Shown: positions 32,933 to 43,259 of the stretch, piece after piece
Position numbering within the stretch: position 1 is the stretch's first letter
Layout of the letters: every line of letters begins with the position of its first letter
Source: an uncultured Chloroflexia bacterium
GTDB lineage: Bacteria > Chloroflexota > Anaerolineae > Anaerolineales > Villigracilaceae
Assembly: GCA_963730175.1 (NCBI GenBank)
Contig: CAVSRF010000022.1
Coordinates: 5,490-69,489 of the forward strand
DNA: 64,000 bases
Reading direction: 5' to 3'
Notes under the pieces: generated by a model
Seen by the model: the letters and a program-made list of their open reading frames with translations, nothing else
Told to the model about the DNA's origin: nothing
The model's database searches: none
Translations under genes and position numbers: made by a program

Positions 32933-34174
32933 ATGATGTTTGAAAAACTCGAACGCATCGGGGGAAACCGTGTTGTCATTGCGCTATCCGCTGCACGCCT
33001 TGGGGACGCAGTAGGAAACAGCATTCTATTCATTGTATTGCCATTGTTCGTAGCCAAGTTACCGGCTCCTGCATTCCCCTTGCCGGAAACCGTCCGCGTT
33101 GGATTATTGATCGCGCTCTTTGGCTTGGTCAATGCTTTGTTACAACCTTTCGCGGGTGCATTGATCGACCACGTTGGACGGCGAAAACCATTCATCATGA
33201 TCGGTCTGGTGATGCTGGGAATCGCCACACTGGGATTTGTATTCGCATCCCGCTTCTCGGACTTGTTGTATCTGCGCCTGTTTCAGGGAGTTGGGGTTGC
33301 CATAACGATTCCCGCCGCGCTCGCCATCATGGTTGGTTCCAGCAAAAAGGAAACACGCGGCGGTTCGATGGGAATTTACACGACCAGCCGTATGATCGGC
33401 TTGGGGATCGGTCCATTGCTTGGCGGCGCATTATATGATCGGTATGGATTCAATGCAGCCTTCTATGCAGGCTCAGGCTTCATCATCATCGCCATTATTC
33501 TCGTGCAACTGTGGGTACATGAGTCGCCTGTCAAATCATCACAGAAGAAACCCGGTAAATTCCAAATCATTGACACCAAATTGCTCACCGTTGGCATTCT
33601 GGGCGTATCGTTTGCGACTCTGGTCATGGCTGGGAGTTTTTCCATGATGGCAGCATTGGAGGATCAGTTCAATCAACGTTTGAACATGAGCGCATTCATC
33701 TTCAGTCTGGCTTTCAGCGCCCTGTTGCTCAGCCGCGTTTTTACCCAAGTTCCACTGGGACGTCTCTCCGACCGCATCGGACGTAAGCCACTGATCATTG
33801 GTGGACTGCTCCTACTGGCTCCCACCACAGCCCTGTTGGGATATGCAACATCTGCCACTGAATTGATCATCCTGCGATTGATTCAGGGACTGGCATCCGG
33901 CGGAGTTGCCGCGCCCGCCTTCGCCATCGCGGCGGACATGGCTCAAGAAGGCGGAGAGGGGAGGCAAATGAGTTTTATTACAATGGGATTTGGTTTGGGC
34001 GTTGCGCTGGGACCGTTACTCGCTGGCATATTAGCTGTACATTCCTTTACGCTTCCCTTCGTTATCGGCGGCTTGATCTGTTTGCCGGGTGCATGGATCG
34101 TTCAACGTTATGTCCCCGAAACAGTGCACAGGGAAGAGCAAAGACAACACGCACATTCAACTGCTGATGATTAA
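32933..34174 (+). CDS. MFS transporter
   Basis: motif A GALIDHVGRRK and GRLSDRIGRK; about 12 hydrophobic segments. Confidence 0.9.
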   Translation: MMFEKLERIGGNRVVIALSAARLGDAVGNSILFIVLPLFVAKLPAPAFPLPETVRVGLLIALFGLVNALLQPFAGALIDHVGRRKPFIMIGLVMLGIATLGFVFASRFSDLLYLRLFQGVGVAITIPAALAIMVGSSKKETRGGSMGIYTTSRMIGLGIGPLLGGALYDRYGFNAAFYAGSGFIIIAIILVQLWVHESPVKSSQKKPGKFQIIDTKLLTVGILGVSFATLVMAGSFSMMAALEDQFNQRLNMSAFIFSLAFSALLLSRVFTQVPLGRLSDRIGRKPLIIGGLLLLAPTTALLGYATSATELIILRLIQGLASGGVAAPAFAIAADMAQEGGEGRQMSFITMGFGLGVALGPLLAGILAVHSFTLPFVIGGLICLPGAWIVQRYVPETVHREEQRQHAHSTADD

Positions 34175-34215
34175 ATTCAAAAGTCCATCGAATAACGATG
34201 GACTTTTATCATGTA

Positions 34216-34704
34216 CTAATCTTGATCGTATCGACTTGTATTCAAATGTGTGATCGCGACTGCCAAAGCATCGGCGGCATCATCGGGCTTGGGGATGGAG
34301 TTGAGTTGAAGCAACGCGCGCACCATGTCCTGCACTTGACGTTTGTCTGCGCCGCCATAACCAGCGACAGCTTGTTTGATTTCATTAGGGGTGTATTCAA
34401 AAGGTTCGATGCCTGCTTTTTGCAAACAGAGCATGATCACACCGCGCGCTTGTCCCACGGCGAGGGCAGTTTTGACATTGCTTTGAAAAAATAATTTCTC
34501 AACGGCGGCGGTATCAGGGCTGTGTTCTTTTAGCAGGTCATTGAGTTGGTCGAATAACATCACCAGCCTCGCGGGGGCGGTGGATTCTTTCGGGGTTAAG
34601 ATCACGCCATATTTAACAGCGACCAGCTCCCCGTCAGGCGCGAGGCGCACGAGTCCATATCCTGTTGTGGCAGTGCCGGGGTCAATTCCTAATGCGAGGG
34701 TCAT
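34216..34704 (-). CDS. ruvC: Holliday junction resolvase RuvC
   Basis: GIDPG, AVEKLFF, QARG, PDDAADALA. Confidence 0.97.
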   Translation of the reverse strand: MTLALGIDPGTATTGYGLVRLAPDGELVAVKYGVILTPKESTAPARLVMLFDQLNDLLKEHSPDTAAVEKLFFQSNVKTALAVGQARGVIMLCLQKAGIEPFEYTPNEIKQAVAGYGGADKRQVQDMVRALLQLNSIPKPDDAADALAVAITHLNTSRYDQD

Positions 34705-34714
34705 TTAAATAATT

Positions 34715-34742
34715 GTAGGGACGACCAGCTGGTCGTCCCTAC
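34715..34742. repeat. GTAG-type REP singlet palindrome
   Basis: GTAGGGACGACCAGCTGGTCGTCCCTAC, perfect palindrome. Confidence 0.75.
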
Positions 34743-34752
34743 AGAAATTTTA

Positions 34753-35508
34753 TTACGCGGCTTCAAGTGCGGCAAGCACTTCATCTGAAACCTTGAGGTT
34801 CGAGTAGACGTTCTGTACGTCGTCGAGGTCTTCGATGGTTTCGAGCGCCCTGAGCACCTGGAGCGTGTCGTCGATGTCAAGTTCCATTTCCTGTTTGGGA
34901 GTCATGCGCAGGCTGGCTTCATCGGGTTGGACATTGGCTTTGTGCAAAGCGTCGGCAACCAGTTTGAACGATTTAACCGGAGCCAGAATTTCAATGGTGT
35001 CGTTGTCTTCGAGCACATCGTTTGCGCTCGCTTCGATGCCAAGCTCAAAAGCTTTATCGAAATTCATGGCGCTCGAAGGAAAGGAGAAATAGGCAATGCG
35101 GTCGAACTGCCAGCCGACCGCGCCGGGTTCAGCCATACTGCCACCGGCTTTGCTGAAGGCATGACGCAGATCGGACACAGTGCGGTTACGGTTATCTGTG
35201 ACAGTTTCAACCAACACCGCAACTCCATGTGAGGCATAACCTTCATATGTGACTTGCTCGAACACCACGCCGTCTTTATCTTCACCCGCACCGCGCTTGA
35301 TGGCACGCTCGATATTATCCTTGGGCATGTTTTCGGCACGTGCCTTATCCACCGCCAGCCGCAATCGGAAATTTGCATCGACATCACTGCCACCTTCACG
35401 CGCGGCAATCACTATTTCACGCGCAAGGCGTGTAAAAATCGCGCCACGTTTGGCATCTGCCACGCCCTTTTTGCGCTTGATGGTAGACCATTTTGAATGA
35501 CCAGACAT
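34753..35508 (-). CDS. yebC: YebC/PmpR family protein
   Basis: MSGHSKW, YEGY, TDNRNRT, DDVQNVYSN. Confidence 0.96.
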   Translation of the reverse strand: MSGHSKWSTIKRKKGVADAKRGAIFTRLAREIVIAAREGGSDVDANFRLRLAVDKARAENMPKDNIERAIKRGAGEDKDGVVFEQVTYEGYASHGVAVLVETVTDNRNRTVSDLRHAFSKAGGSMAEPGAVGWQFDRIAYFSFPSSAMNFDKAFELGIEASANDVLEDNDTIEILAPVKSFKLVADALHKANVQPDEASLRMTPKQEMELDIDDTLQVLRALETIEDLDDVQNVYSNLKVSDEVLAALEAA

Positions 35509-35569
35509 TGGAACTCCTTACCTTTTTAACCACTTCTGTGGGGAATTTACTTGTAGAAAAATTATACCA

Positions 35570-36406
35570 TTACAGGAAAAAGCCTACGCCCATCGCCCTG
35601 GGTCCCGCATGGACAACGATGGCAGGAGGCAACTCATAGATCGGGATTTCAGAAACGAACACCTTGGATTTCAACTCCTGGACCAGGGACTCCGCTTCTT
35701 TCTCAGCCGCAACCTGCAACGCACATAAATAAGCTTCATCTCCGCCTTTACATTGTTCTGTCACCACTTCCACAAGACGCGCCAGCGCGCGTTTTTTGGT
35801 TCTCTGCTGTTCAAAGGGCTCCACCAGCCCATCCTTGATCTGTAAAATCGGCTTGATCTCCAACAGCTCTGCCAACAATTTCTTCGCCCCGCCAATGCGA
35901 CCTCCCTTGGCGAGATATTCAAGCGTATCCACAAGGAAGTAGAGCCGCCCACGCGGAATCATGTCGTTTAGCTTGGCGACGATCTCATCTGCTGACTCAC
36001 CCGCCTTCGCCATATCGTCAGCAAGCAGTACCAACGAAGCGAGATTGCACGAAATCGTCAACGTATCCACCACACGGACATCGAGTCCCGGGAATTCCAA
36101 CGCAGCGGTCTGCGCCGAACGGACCGTTCCACTGGCTTTGCTTGTCGGCGCGACAACAACCACGCTCTCGCCTTTTTCCTTCGCTTTCTCGAAGATCGGA
36201 AAATACAGCGCTGGTTCAGGCGCGGCAGTCTTCGGCAAAGTTGCCGATGCTTTTAGCTTTTGCAAAAATACCGCGGTGTCAAAATCCTTGTCGTCATGGT
36301 ACGACTCCTCGCCAAACATAACGATTTGTGGAATAACAGGAATCCCGCGTTCTTCGAACAGTTCATGCGGCAGTCCACAGGTGGTGTCAGCAACAATGAT
36401 GGCCAT
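35570..36406 (-). CDS. DegV/FakB fatty-acid-binding protein
   Basis: PKTAAP, SGT, LEYLAKGGRIG, IKPIL, HAGP. Confidence 0.92.
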   Translation of the reverse strand: MAIIVADTTCGLPHELFEERGIPVIPQIVMFGEESYHDDKDFDTAVFLQKLKASATLPKTAAPEPALYFPIFEKAKEKGESVVVVAPTSKASGTVRSAQTAALEFPGLDVRVVDTLTISCNLASLVLLADDMAKAGESADEIVAKLNDMIPRGRLYFLVDTLEYLAKGGRIGGAKKLLAELLEIKPILQIKDGLVEPFEQQRTKKRALARLVEVVTEQCKGGDEAYLCALQVAAEKEAESLVQELKSKVFVSEIPIYELPPAIVVHAGPRAMGVGFFL

Positions 36407-36752
36407 AAGAGCCTCCACTTTTATTGTAGCCGGCATCGATTTGGAAGCTAATTGTCAAAAGAACTCAATTTTTCATTACAAATGGCGATTGTCCCACTTC
36501 TAAAGTGACTTTCGTTAGTTGGAAAGAGTTTATGGGTATGCTAGGGTAGACCAAGAGGGTTATTCCGCCATCAGACGATGAGAAAAAGTGGTCGCCAGAT
36601 CAATTTTCAAAATAAGCGGATTTCTCTCTATTACAACCATTTTAGTATTCCTTGCAAGTAGCCTGTTGTTGAAAAGAGATTCCGATAAAAGCGATCATCA
36701 ATTTGGTAAGTGAGTTCATCAACGCTTTACCAAGCGAGTAAAGGATAAAAAA

Positions 36753-37916
36753 ATGACGAATAAAGAAGAATTTACAGCAAAGGCGAAACGAATCCACTGG
36801 ATGGATAACCTCAGAACCATCACCATCCTTTTAGTGGTTCTCTATCATGTCGGCGGTGTCTACGAAGCTGCTGGTTTGTGGGGCTGGTTCTGGATCGTGG
36901 ATGATCCAGACACCATAACCTGGGTGGGAATCGTAGGTATTATCTTCGACATTATGGTCATGCCTATCATGTTCTTTGTTTCAGGCTATTTGACCCCCGC
37001 GTCATTAGAGAATAAGACCGGCTGGAAGTTTATCAAAGGAAAATTTAAACGATTGATAATCCCCTGGATCATCGCTGTATTCACGTTGATCCCAATCTAC
37101 AAAGTCATATTCTTATATTCCCGAGGTCTGCCACAGGAACATTGGAACACCTATTTTCACATCACAAATCCAAATAGCCAAAACTGGCTATGGTTCCTGC
37201 CTGTGTTGTTCCTTTTTGACGTTCTCTATCTGCTTTTATCAAAAACGAACATCAAGCTGCCGAACATCCCACTCAAGGGTGCTGTTCTGGGCACTTTCAT
37301 CATTGGGTTTGTGTACAGTTTTGGCATCGGTGGCATCCTTGGTTTTCGTAGTTGGACGCTTACGCCATTGATCGATTTCGAGAATGAACGATTGCTGCTG
37401 TATTTCATGACATTCCTGCTGGGAGTACTGTGTTATCGACAGAATGTCTTTGCGGAAAAACCCAAGAGCAAAACCTTGTATACAGTTGTGAATTCAGTTG
37501 CCTGGCTTCCAGTCACGGCACATATCTTTGCACGGCTGTGGCCCTTCTTCTATCCAAATCCAGCGGAGTTTACGATCACTCCGCTTTATAGGCTAATTTG
37601 GCATCTGACTTTTTACCTTTCATTGCTCTGCCTGATGTACATCATGGTCGAATCGTTTCGGCGGTATCTCGATAAAGCTGGCAGAGTTTGGGGTGAACTG
37701 AACAGAAACTCCTACGGTGTTTACATCATCCACGTGATCATGATCGGGGTCTTCGGCACGCTGTTGTTGAACCTAAACCTGCATGCCTTGGTGAAATATC
37801 CCCTGCTGATTGCCCTAACTTATTTTGTCAGCAATCTGATCGTCTCAGTTTACCGATCTCTGATTCAAAACATGAAATCTGACGGCGGAAAAGTTTCTTC
37901 GCAAACTGCCAATTAA
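36753..37916 (+). CDS. acyltransferase 3 family membrane protein (OpgC-like)
   Basis: RIHWMDNLR...VVLYH, MPIMFFVSGY, WFL, SYGVYIIH. Confidence 0.85.
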   Translation: MTNKEEFTAKAKRIHWMDNLRTITILLVVLYHVGGVYEAAGLWGWFWIVDDPDTITWVGIVGIIFDIMVMPIMFFVSGYLTPASLENKTGWKFIKGKFKRLIIPWIIAVFTLIPIYKVIFLYSRGLPQEHWNTYFHITNPNSQNWLWFLPVLFLFDVLYLLLSKTNIKLPNIPLKGAVLGTFIIGFVYSFGIGGILGFRSWTLTPLIDFENERLLLYFMTFLLGVLCYRQNVFAEKPKSKTLYTVVNSVAWLPVTAHIFARLWPFFYPNPAEFTITPLYRLIWHLTFYLSLLCLMYIMVESFRRYLDKAGRVWGELNRNSYGVYIIHVIMIGVFGTLLLNLNLHALVKYPLLIALTYFVSNLIVSVYRSLIQNMKSDGGKVSSQTAN

Positions 37917-38026
37917 GACTTAGCGGTGGCTAAGAATAAGTTCCGCCAAAACTGGTAATTCTCCGTTGATTTCCATAATTTGTGTCAAGCTTGGTATACA
38001 AGTTTTCAACGTATGCGAGGAAATAA

Positions 38027-38935
38027 ATGCTCATGAACTTAAAACACTTTGACAGGCGTCAGAGTTTAGGATGGATTGCAGTAGCCATATCTACGATCAT
38101 TACCAGCTTCTGGGCGTTTTGGGGCATTATTGAGAACTTCCATGAGGGTTGGTATTACGAGTCTCTTTTGTCCAATCTGGTATTGATGCTCATACAATAT
38201 CTCAGCCCCATGCTCATCTTTATGGGAATCACACTCGTTTCAATCACCTATCCACGGTTTGGTGGTGGTTTACATGTGATCCTGGCTTCACTGGCACTCT
38301 GGTTCTTTAACGCCTTTTCAAATGCAGCAACTTTTTTGATCATTCTCCCATTGGTTGGGATTGGTGCGCTTTACTGGTTTAGTCGCCTTCGCCCGCGCAA
38401 ATTAGCAGTCTCCCTGGCTGTTGGACTCCCCATGCTGACACTTATCCTATCAGGCTTGGCTCCAGCTATTCGCGTGTCCCAACGCATCGATGATGGTAAT
38501 CTCCAAGCTCAGCTGGTGTATGGAAACGGGGTGAATCTTGTTTGGGCTCCTGATGGTCCCGGCTGGCCACGTGAAGGGGGAGACTGGCATGAAGCAAATC
38601 GAGCGTGTCAATATCTTAACGAAGATGGCACACTACTGGCTTCAACACTACAGAACATTTGGCGGTTACCAACCGTGGATGAAGCTGTGCGGTCCATGGC
38701 TCGACACGGTCAAAACAGTGGAGGGCAATGGAATGCAGAAATTGCCGAGGCTATCTACGAAACAACCCCGGATAAAGAATCACCACTCTGGAATGTCCAT
38801 TCTCAGGTAATCTACTGGTGGACAGCTACAGAAGTGGACAAAGGTCATGCATACATCATCGTTTATGATGGAAAGGTATGGCCGAGGTAAAAGGAATTCC
38901 GCCCTGCATATTTGGGGTTTCGATGCGTAAAATAG
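38027..38935 (+). CDS. membrane protein with DUF1566/Lcl-like C-terminal domain (in-frame TAA at 38888)
   Basis: about 5 TM helices, WRLPT motif; after the stop the frame continues KEFRPAYLGFRCVK*. Confidence 0.65.
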
Positions 38936-38980
38936 CCATGAACTGAATACCACCATCACTTAAGTATAAAGGATAGCAAA

Positions 38981-39904
38981 ATGAAAGCTATTGTATATGA
39001 GAAGTATGGACCACCCGAGGTCCTTCAACTCAGGGAGGTGGAAAAACCCACGCCCAGAGACAATGAAATCCTGATAAAAGTTCATGCGACCACAGTTACA
39101 GCAGCGGATTGGCGTATGCGCAAACCTGACCCGGTTGCAGCAAGACTTTTCAACGAACTCATCGGACCTCAAAAAGTAACCATTTTAGGGTTTGAGTTAG
39201 CTGGGGAAGTTGAAGTAGTGGGGAAAAATGTAAAGCGATTCAAACAAGGTGACCAGGTTTTTGGAAATACCGGTTTCGGTTTTGGTGCATATGCCGAGTA
39301 TAAATGTCTGCCTGAAGAAGGGGATGAAAAACGAGGATTGATAGCATTCAAACCGAACAATATCACTTACGAAGAAGCCGCCGCCGTTTCTTTTGGAGGG
39401 GTGGCAGCATTGAATATTCTCAGAAAAGCGAACATCCAAAGCGGGCAGAAAGTACTGATCAACGGCGCTTCTAGTAGCACAGGTACTTATGCGGTCCAAC
39501 TTGCAAGATACTGGGGGGCGGATGTGACCGGGGTATGTAGCGGCGCGAATTTTGACTTGGCGAAATCTCTGGGATTGGATAAGGTTATCGATTACACCAA
39601 AGAGGATTTCACAAAAAGAGGTGAGCGTTACGATGTAATCTTTGATGCTGTTGGAAAAATGATTTCGAGACTCTCGAAATCTAAGTGCAAACAAGCGCTT
39701 CGTCCAGGTGGCACTTACCTAAGTGTGGAAATGGATCGAAAAGACCGTACTGAAGACCTAACCTTTCTCAAAGAATTAATCGAGGCGGGAAAGATAAAAC
39801 CAGTCATAGATAGATGCTATCCGCTGGAACAGGTTGCCGAGGCTCATAGGTATGTAGAAAAAATGCACAAAAAGGGAAATGTCGTCATCACTGTGACACA
39901 ATAA
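38981..39904 (+). CDS. MDR family NAD(P)-dependent oxidoreductase (quinone-reductase-like)
   Basis: [32 protein letters not shown]. Confidence 0.9.
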   Translation: MKAIVYEKYGPPEVLQLREVEKPTPRDNEILIKVHATTVTAADWRMRKPDPVAARLFNELIGPQKVTILGFELAGEVEVVGKNVKRFKQGDQVFGNTGFGFGAYAEYKCLPEEGDEKRGLIAFKPNNITYEEAAAVSFGGVAALNILRKANIQSGQKVLINGASSSTGTYAVQLARYWGADVTGVCSGANFDLAKSLGLDKVIDYTKEDFTKRGERYDVIFDAVGKMISRLSKSKCKQALRPGGTYLSVEMDRKDRTEDLTFLKELIEAGKIKPVIDRCYPLEQVAEAHRYVEKMHKKGNVVITVTQ

Positions 39905-39971
39905 AAAATTGAAATCTGAAGTATCAAGCTCGCGATTTAGTCTTTTTTAGATTTTAGTTATTTTGATATTC

Positions 39972-40521
39972 CTATTCCAACCCCAGCGACCATTTCCCTT
40001 CTGTCAACAATTCATCGTATTGACTTTCCAGTTTGGGGTTCACACCACGCAAACCTGCTACAACCTTCTCGCTCCATAACAAATATTCCTGCCTTCGTTC
40101 CAATGTCCAATCTGCTGGTGGGGATTTGATGATGTCACGGATGTTGTTAATCTTATCCACAATCTTAAGCAGTTTGGCTTTGTCACTTTTATGTGGTGCA
40201 TGTTCAATCTGCAATTGCTTTCGAGTTTGCTTGGGCAGGCTTTTGTCATCCGTTACATCAAGTACCAAAGCAAGGACATCTTTACCAAATTCAGTTTTAA
40301 TCTCATCCTTTGTTGTATCCGTATCTTCAAGGATGTCATGCAGAATGGTCGGCCACGAGCAAGGTGTCATCACGCACATCCCCAACACTCCACAACGTTT
40401 CAGCAACCTGGATCGGATGATTAATATAAGGCGATGATTTTGTATCCTTGCGTCTTTGATCATTGTGCTTGTCAGCCGCAAAGCGCAGCGCCTTCAATAT
40501 CAACCCAACCGAATTGTCCAT
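39972..40521 (-). CDS. Mesh1-like small alarmone hydrolase, HD domain (frameshifted)
   Basis: H..QRRK...[27 protein letters not shown]. Confidence 0.85.
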
Positions 40522-40634
40522 TACGAATGGCTCCTTCACAAATATTCGATGCATCTTATAACAATAGACACTAAAGTATTTCCATTTCACGCTGCAAGTT
40601 CTTATTCACCAACTTGAACACGTCGTGAACGGAA

Positions 40635-41921
40635 TTACATTGCTTTTGCCCGCTCCGCCATTTGCATGCGCAAATCGTTCGTATCTTTTTCAACTGTAAA
40701 CAGCGCCCCGAGATAAAAGAAGAAACAGAGAATCCACGCGACGATGCAAATGACAAGGATCGAAAAGGTTTTATCATGGGTGGCAACAATGATCGCACCC
40801 GTCAGAGCAGGAGCGGCGACTGCGCCACTGTTCTCAACAAAATATTCAATTGCCTGTGCCGTCGAGCGGACCTCGGGAACCGTCACATCATAGACCGTTG
40901 CAACGACATTGGCAGAGGAGAGCGGCATAAAGATGGCTGTGAGGCACATGAAGATAAAGAACTGATTCGGGTTATCGTTGGGCGTGTTCATGGCAAGATA
41001 GATAAAGAGTGCGCCGAGTATTACACCCACACTTGAGACCAGGATACGTCCTTTTTTGGTGCGCTTGAAGAGCAGGTCACCCAGAAAGCCTCCAACAAAA
41101 TAGCCGACCGCAAGGATCAAAATGACAGGCGCCATGGTGGCAATAATGCCATTGGAATCATAGCCGCGCTCTGTTTCCAGATAGCCAAAGAAAAAGAATG
41201 TGATCACGTTCCAGGGGAAAACACCTGCAAAACCCTGCAAGAAGACAAACCACATGGTGCGCTTCTTGAAGATCTCCCTGGCTTCCTTCCATGAAAATTT
41301 AAAGGTCTGCATTTCGGTCATGTTCTCAAACTCAGGTTCTGCCTTGCCGCGCGGCATCTCCTTCACACCGAAATAGATCAGAATCGCCACAACCAGCCCA
41401 AGTGAACCTGTGATATAGAAAACCGAACGCCAGCCACCGATCATGGGTGCAACGACCTGTCCTAATATCAAGCCAGCCAGAAATCCAAGCGGCTGCGCAA
41501 GTTGCAACAGTCCATAGACCTTGCCGCGCAGATTCGGACCGAAGTAATCGGCGATCAATGTAAAGATGCCCGGGTAGGATGAATCGTCAATGCCTGTGGA
41601 AGCGCGCGTTATAAGAAATCCGCCATAGGTGCGGACAATCGCATTCAGCCAGGTTGTCGCTCCCCAGATCAAAGATGCAAGTGAAAGTAGTTTGGCACGC
41701 GCGTAATGGTCATACAAGTAACCCCACAATGGATATAAAACCGTGGCAACAGCCAGCGCACCCGAATTGACCAGCCCCCATTTGAAATCATCCAACCCAA
41801 ATGTTTCACTGATCGGCACCTGCAAGGAACCGATCATCAATTTATCGGTTTGGTGTAGAAACATAAACAAAAAGAATATGGCAACAACGAACCAACGATA
41901 ACTTGATTTTTGCTGTGACAT
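40635..41921 (-). CDS. MFS transporter
   Basis: HQTDK, GYLYDHYARAK motif A variant; multi-TM. Confidence 0.88.
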   Translation of the reverse strand: MSQQKSSYRWFVVAIFFLFMFLHQTDKLMIGSLQVPISETFGLDDFKWGLVNSGALAVATVLYPLWGYLYDHYARAKLLSLASLIWGATTWLNAIVRTYGGFLITRASTGIDDSSYPGIFTLIADYFGPNLRGKVYGLLQLAQPLGFLAGLILGQVVAPMIGGWRSVFYITGSLGLVVAILIYFGVKEMPRGKAEPEFENMTEMQTFKFSWKEAREIFKKRTMWFVFLQGFAGVFPWNVITFFFFGYLETERGYDSNGIIATMAPVILILAVGYFVGGFLGDLLFKRTKKGRILVSSVGVILGALFIYLAMNTPNDNPNQFFIFMCLTAIFMPLSSANVVATVYDVTVPEVRSTAQAIEYFVENSGAVAAPALTGAIIVATHDKTFSILVICIVAWILCFFFYLGALFTVEKDTNDLRMQMAERAKAM

Positions 41922-41962
41922 GGTCACCTCATTTGGATTTATGATTTTTCGATTATACCCGC

Positions 41963-43180
41963 CTACATATCAATCGAGTCTTCTGAGATGATCTCTTGCG
42001 CAAGTTTTTGCAATTCATCCGCATCCTCTATTTTCGCCGAATCAAAGTATTGCGAAAGCAAGTCGAGCGGACTCATACTACTGACCACTTGCCCTTCCGG
42101 GATGCGTACCCGCGACTCGATCTGCGGACGTTTGACCAAATGAAACTCAAACGCTTTCTCAGTATATTTACGCAACGCGGATTCATCGATCAACGTATCC
42201 AACTCCCTCGGATATTCGACCACGAGCTTGACAATCGCTTCGGACACATCTTTGGGCAACGAGTTTTTCAAAATCTCGGTCACGTTCTCACTGGACATTA
42301 GAACTGCTTTGCGCTCAATGAACGGACGCGTCCCTTCGAGCTTTATCCAATCAACTTTCGTATCCACGCCCTTTTCGATATGAGCAATGACGAAGAATCG
42401 ATCTTCATTCGCTTCACCAAAATCCACACGCTCAATAGAACCCGGGTACACAACCGGCGGCTGATAACCTTCGTTCACATCCTGCGGCTTGTGGATATGT
42501 CCCATCGCCACATAACTAAACTTTGGATTCTTCACCAAGCTACCTGATAACACAAGATCATTCCCCAACATCACAAGACGTTCACCACCAAATTTCGCGC
42601 CTTCAATGGAGGCATGTGCTGTAAGAATAATAGGCAGAGATGGGTCTGCCTCTTCCAACCAGCCTTCGATCAATTCTCCGATATTTTCCTCGATATGCGA
42701 GAATGCCTCAGTTGAATTGGTCTCGCCAGTCGCCGCCATTAAGCCCGAACGCGTAATCCACGGTATTGCAATGACTTGTACCGGCACATCCCATAATTCA
42801 GATGGCTTCAGAAAAGATGGTTCATCCAACACCTGCACAAAAGGAACCTGTAACGTTTTAAATTCCTGAATCGCATGGGCACGCCTTGTAGCAGGCGACA
42901 TATCGTGATTACCTACCAAAAGCAAAGTTGGAATCTTCGCCTGCGAGAGCCGCATGATGCGCTTCCCCCATTCGCGCTGAAACGTCGGCGCAGGTGAACG
43001 ATCTTTGTACGCATCGCCCGCAAAGATGACCATATCCACTTTTTCAGAGATCGCCGCATCGACGATGGTATCCAATGACTTGAGAAAATCAAGGACGCGC
43101 AGAGGCAGCCCCGTTTCGGGGTCATGGCGTCCATAGTTTGCCATGTCAATATGTGCGTCGGCGAAGTGAAGGAGTTTCAT
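41963..43180 (-). CDS. sbcD: SbcD/Mre11 exonuclease subunit
   Basis: DAH, AGD, GNHD, GHIH, YPGSIERVDFGE. Confidence 0.92.
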   Translation of the reverse strand: MKLLHFADAHIDMANYGRHDPETGLPLRVLDFLKSLDTIVDAAISEKVDMVIFAGDAYKDRSPAPTFQREWGKRIMRLSQAKIPTLLLVGNHDMSPATRRAHAIQEFKTLQVPFVQVLDEPSFLKPSELWDVPVQVIAIPWITRSGLMAATGETNSTEAFSHIEENIGELIEGWLEEADPSLPIILTAHASIEGAKFGGERLVMLGNDLVLSGSLVKNPKFSYVAMGHIHKPQDVNEGYQPPVVYPGSIERVDFGEANEDRFFVIAHIEKGVDTKVDWIKLEGTRPFIERKAVLMSSENVTEILKNSLPKDVSEAIVKLVVEYPRELDTLIDESALRKYTEKAFEFHLVKRPQIESRVRIPEGQVVSSMSPLDLLSQYFDSAKIEDADELQKLAQEIISEDSIDM

Positions 43181-43192
43181 TATTCCATGCTC

Positions 43193-43250
43193 CCATCGCC
43201 GTCCTCGGCGATGGATTTGGATTGTAATCCGCCGCCGAGGACGGCGGCTT
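43193..43250. repeat. REP-like inverted repeat
   Basis: CGCCGTCCTCGGCG...CGCCGAGGACGGCG. Confidence 0.6.
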
Positions 43251-43259
43251 GAGCGTTAG

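Noticed and set aside
41963-43180. sbcD without adjacent sbcC as a novel nuclease system
   Set aside because: Unlinked sbcC and sbcD is unremarkable, and sbcC may lie outside the window
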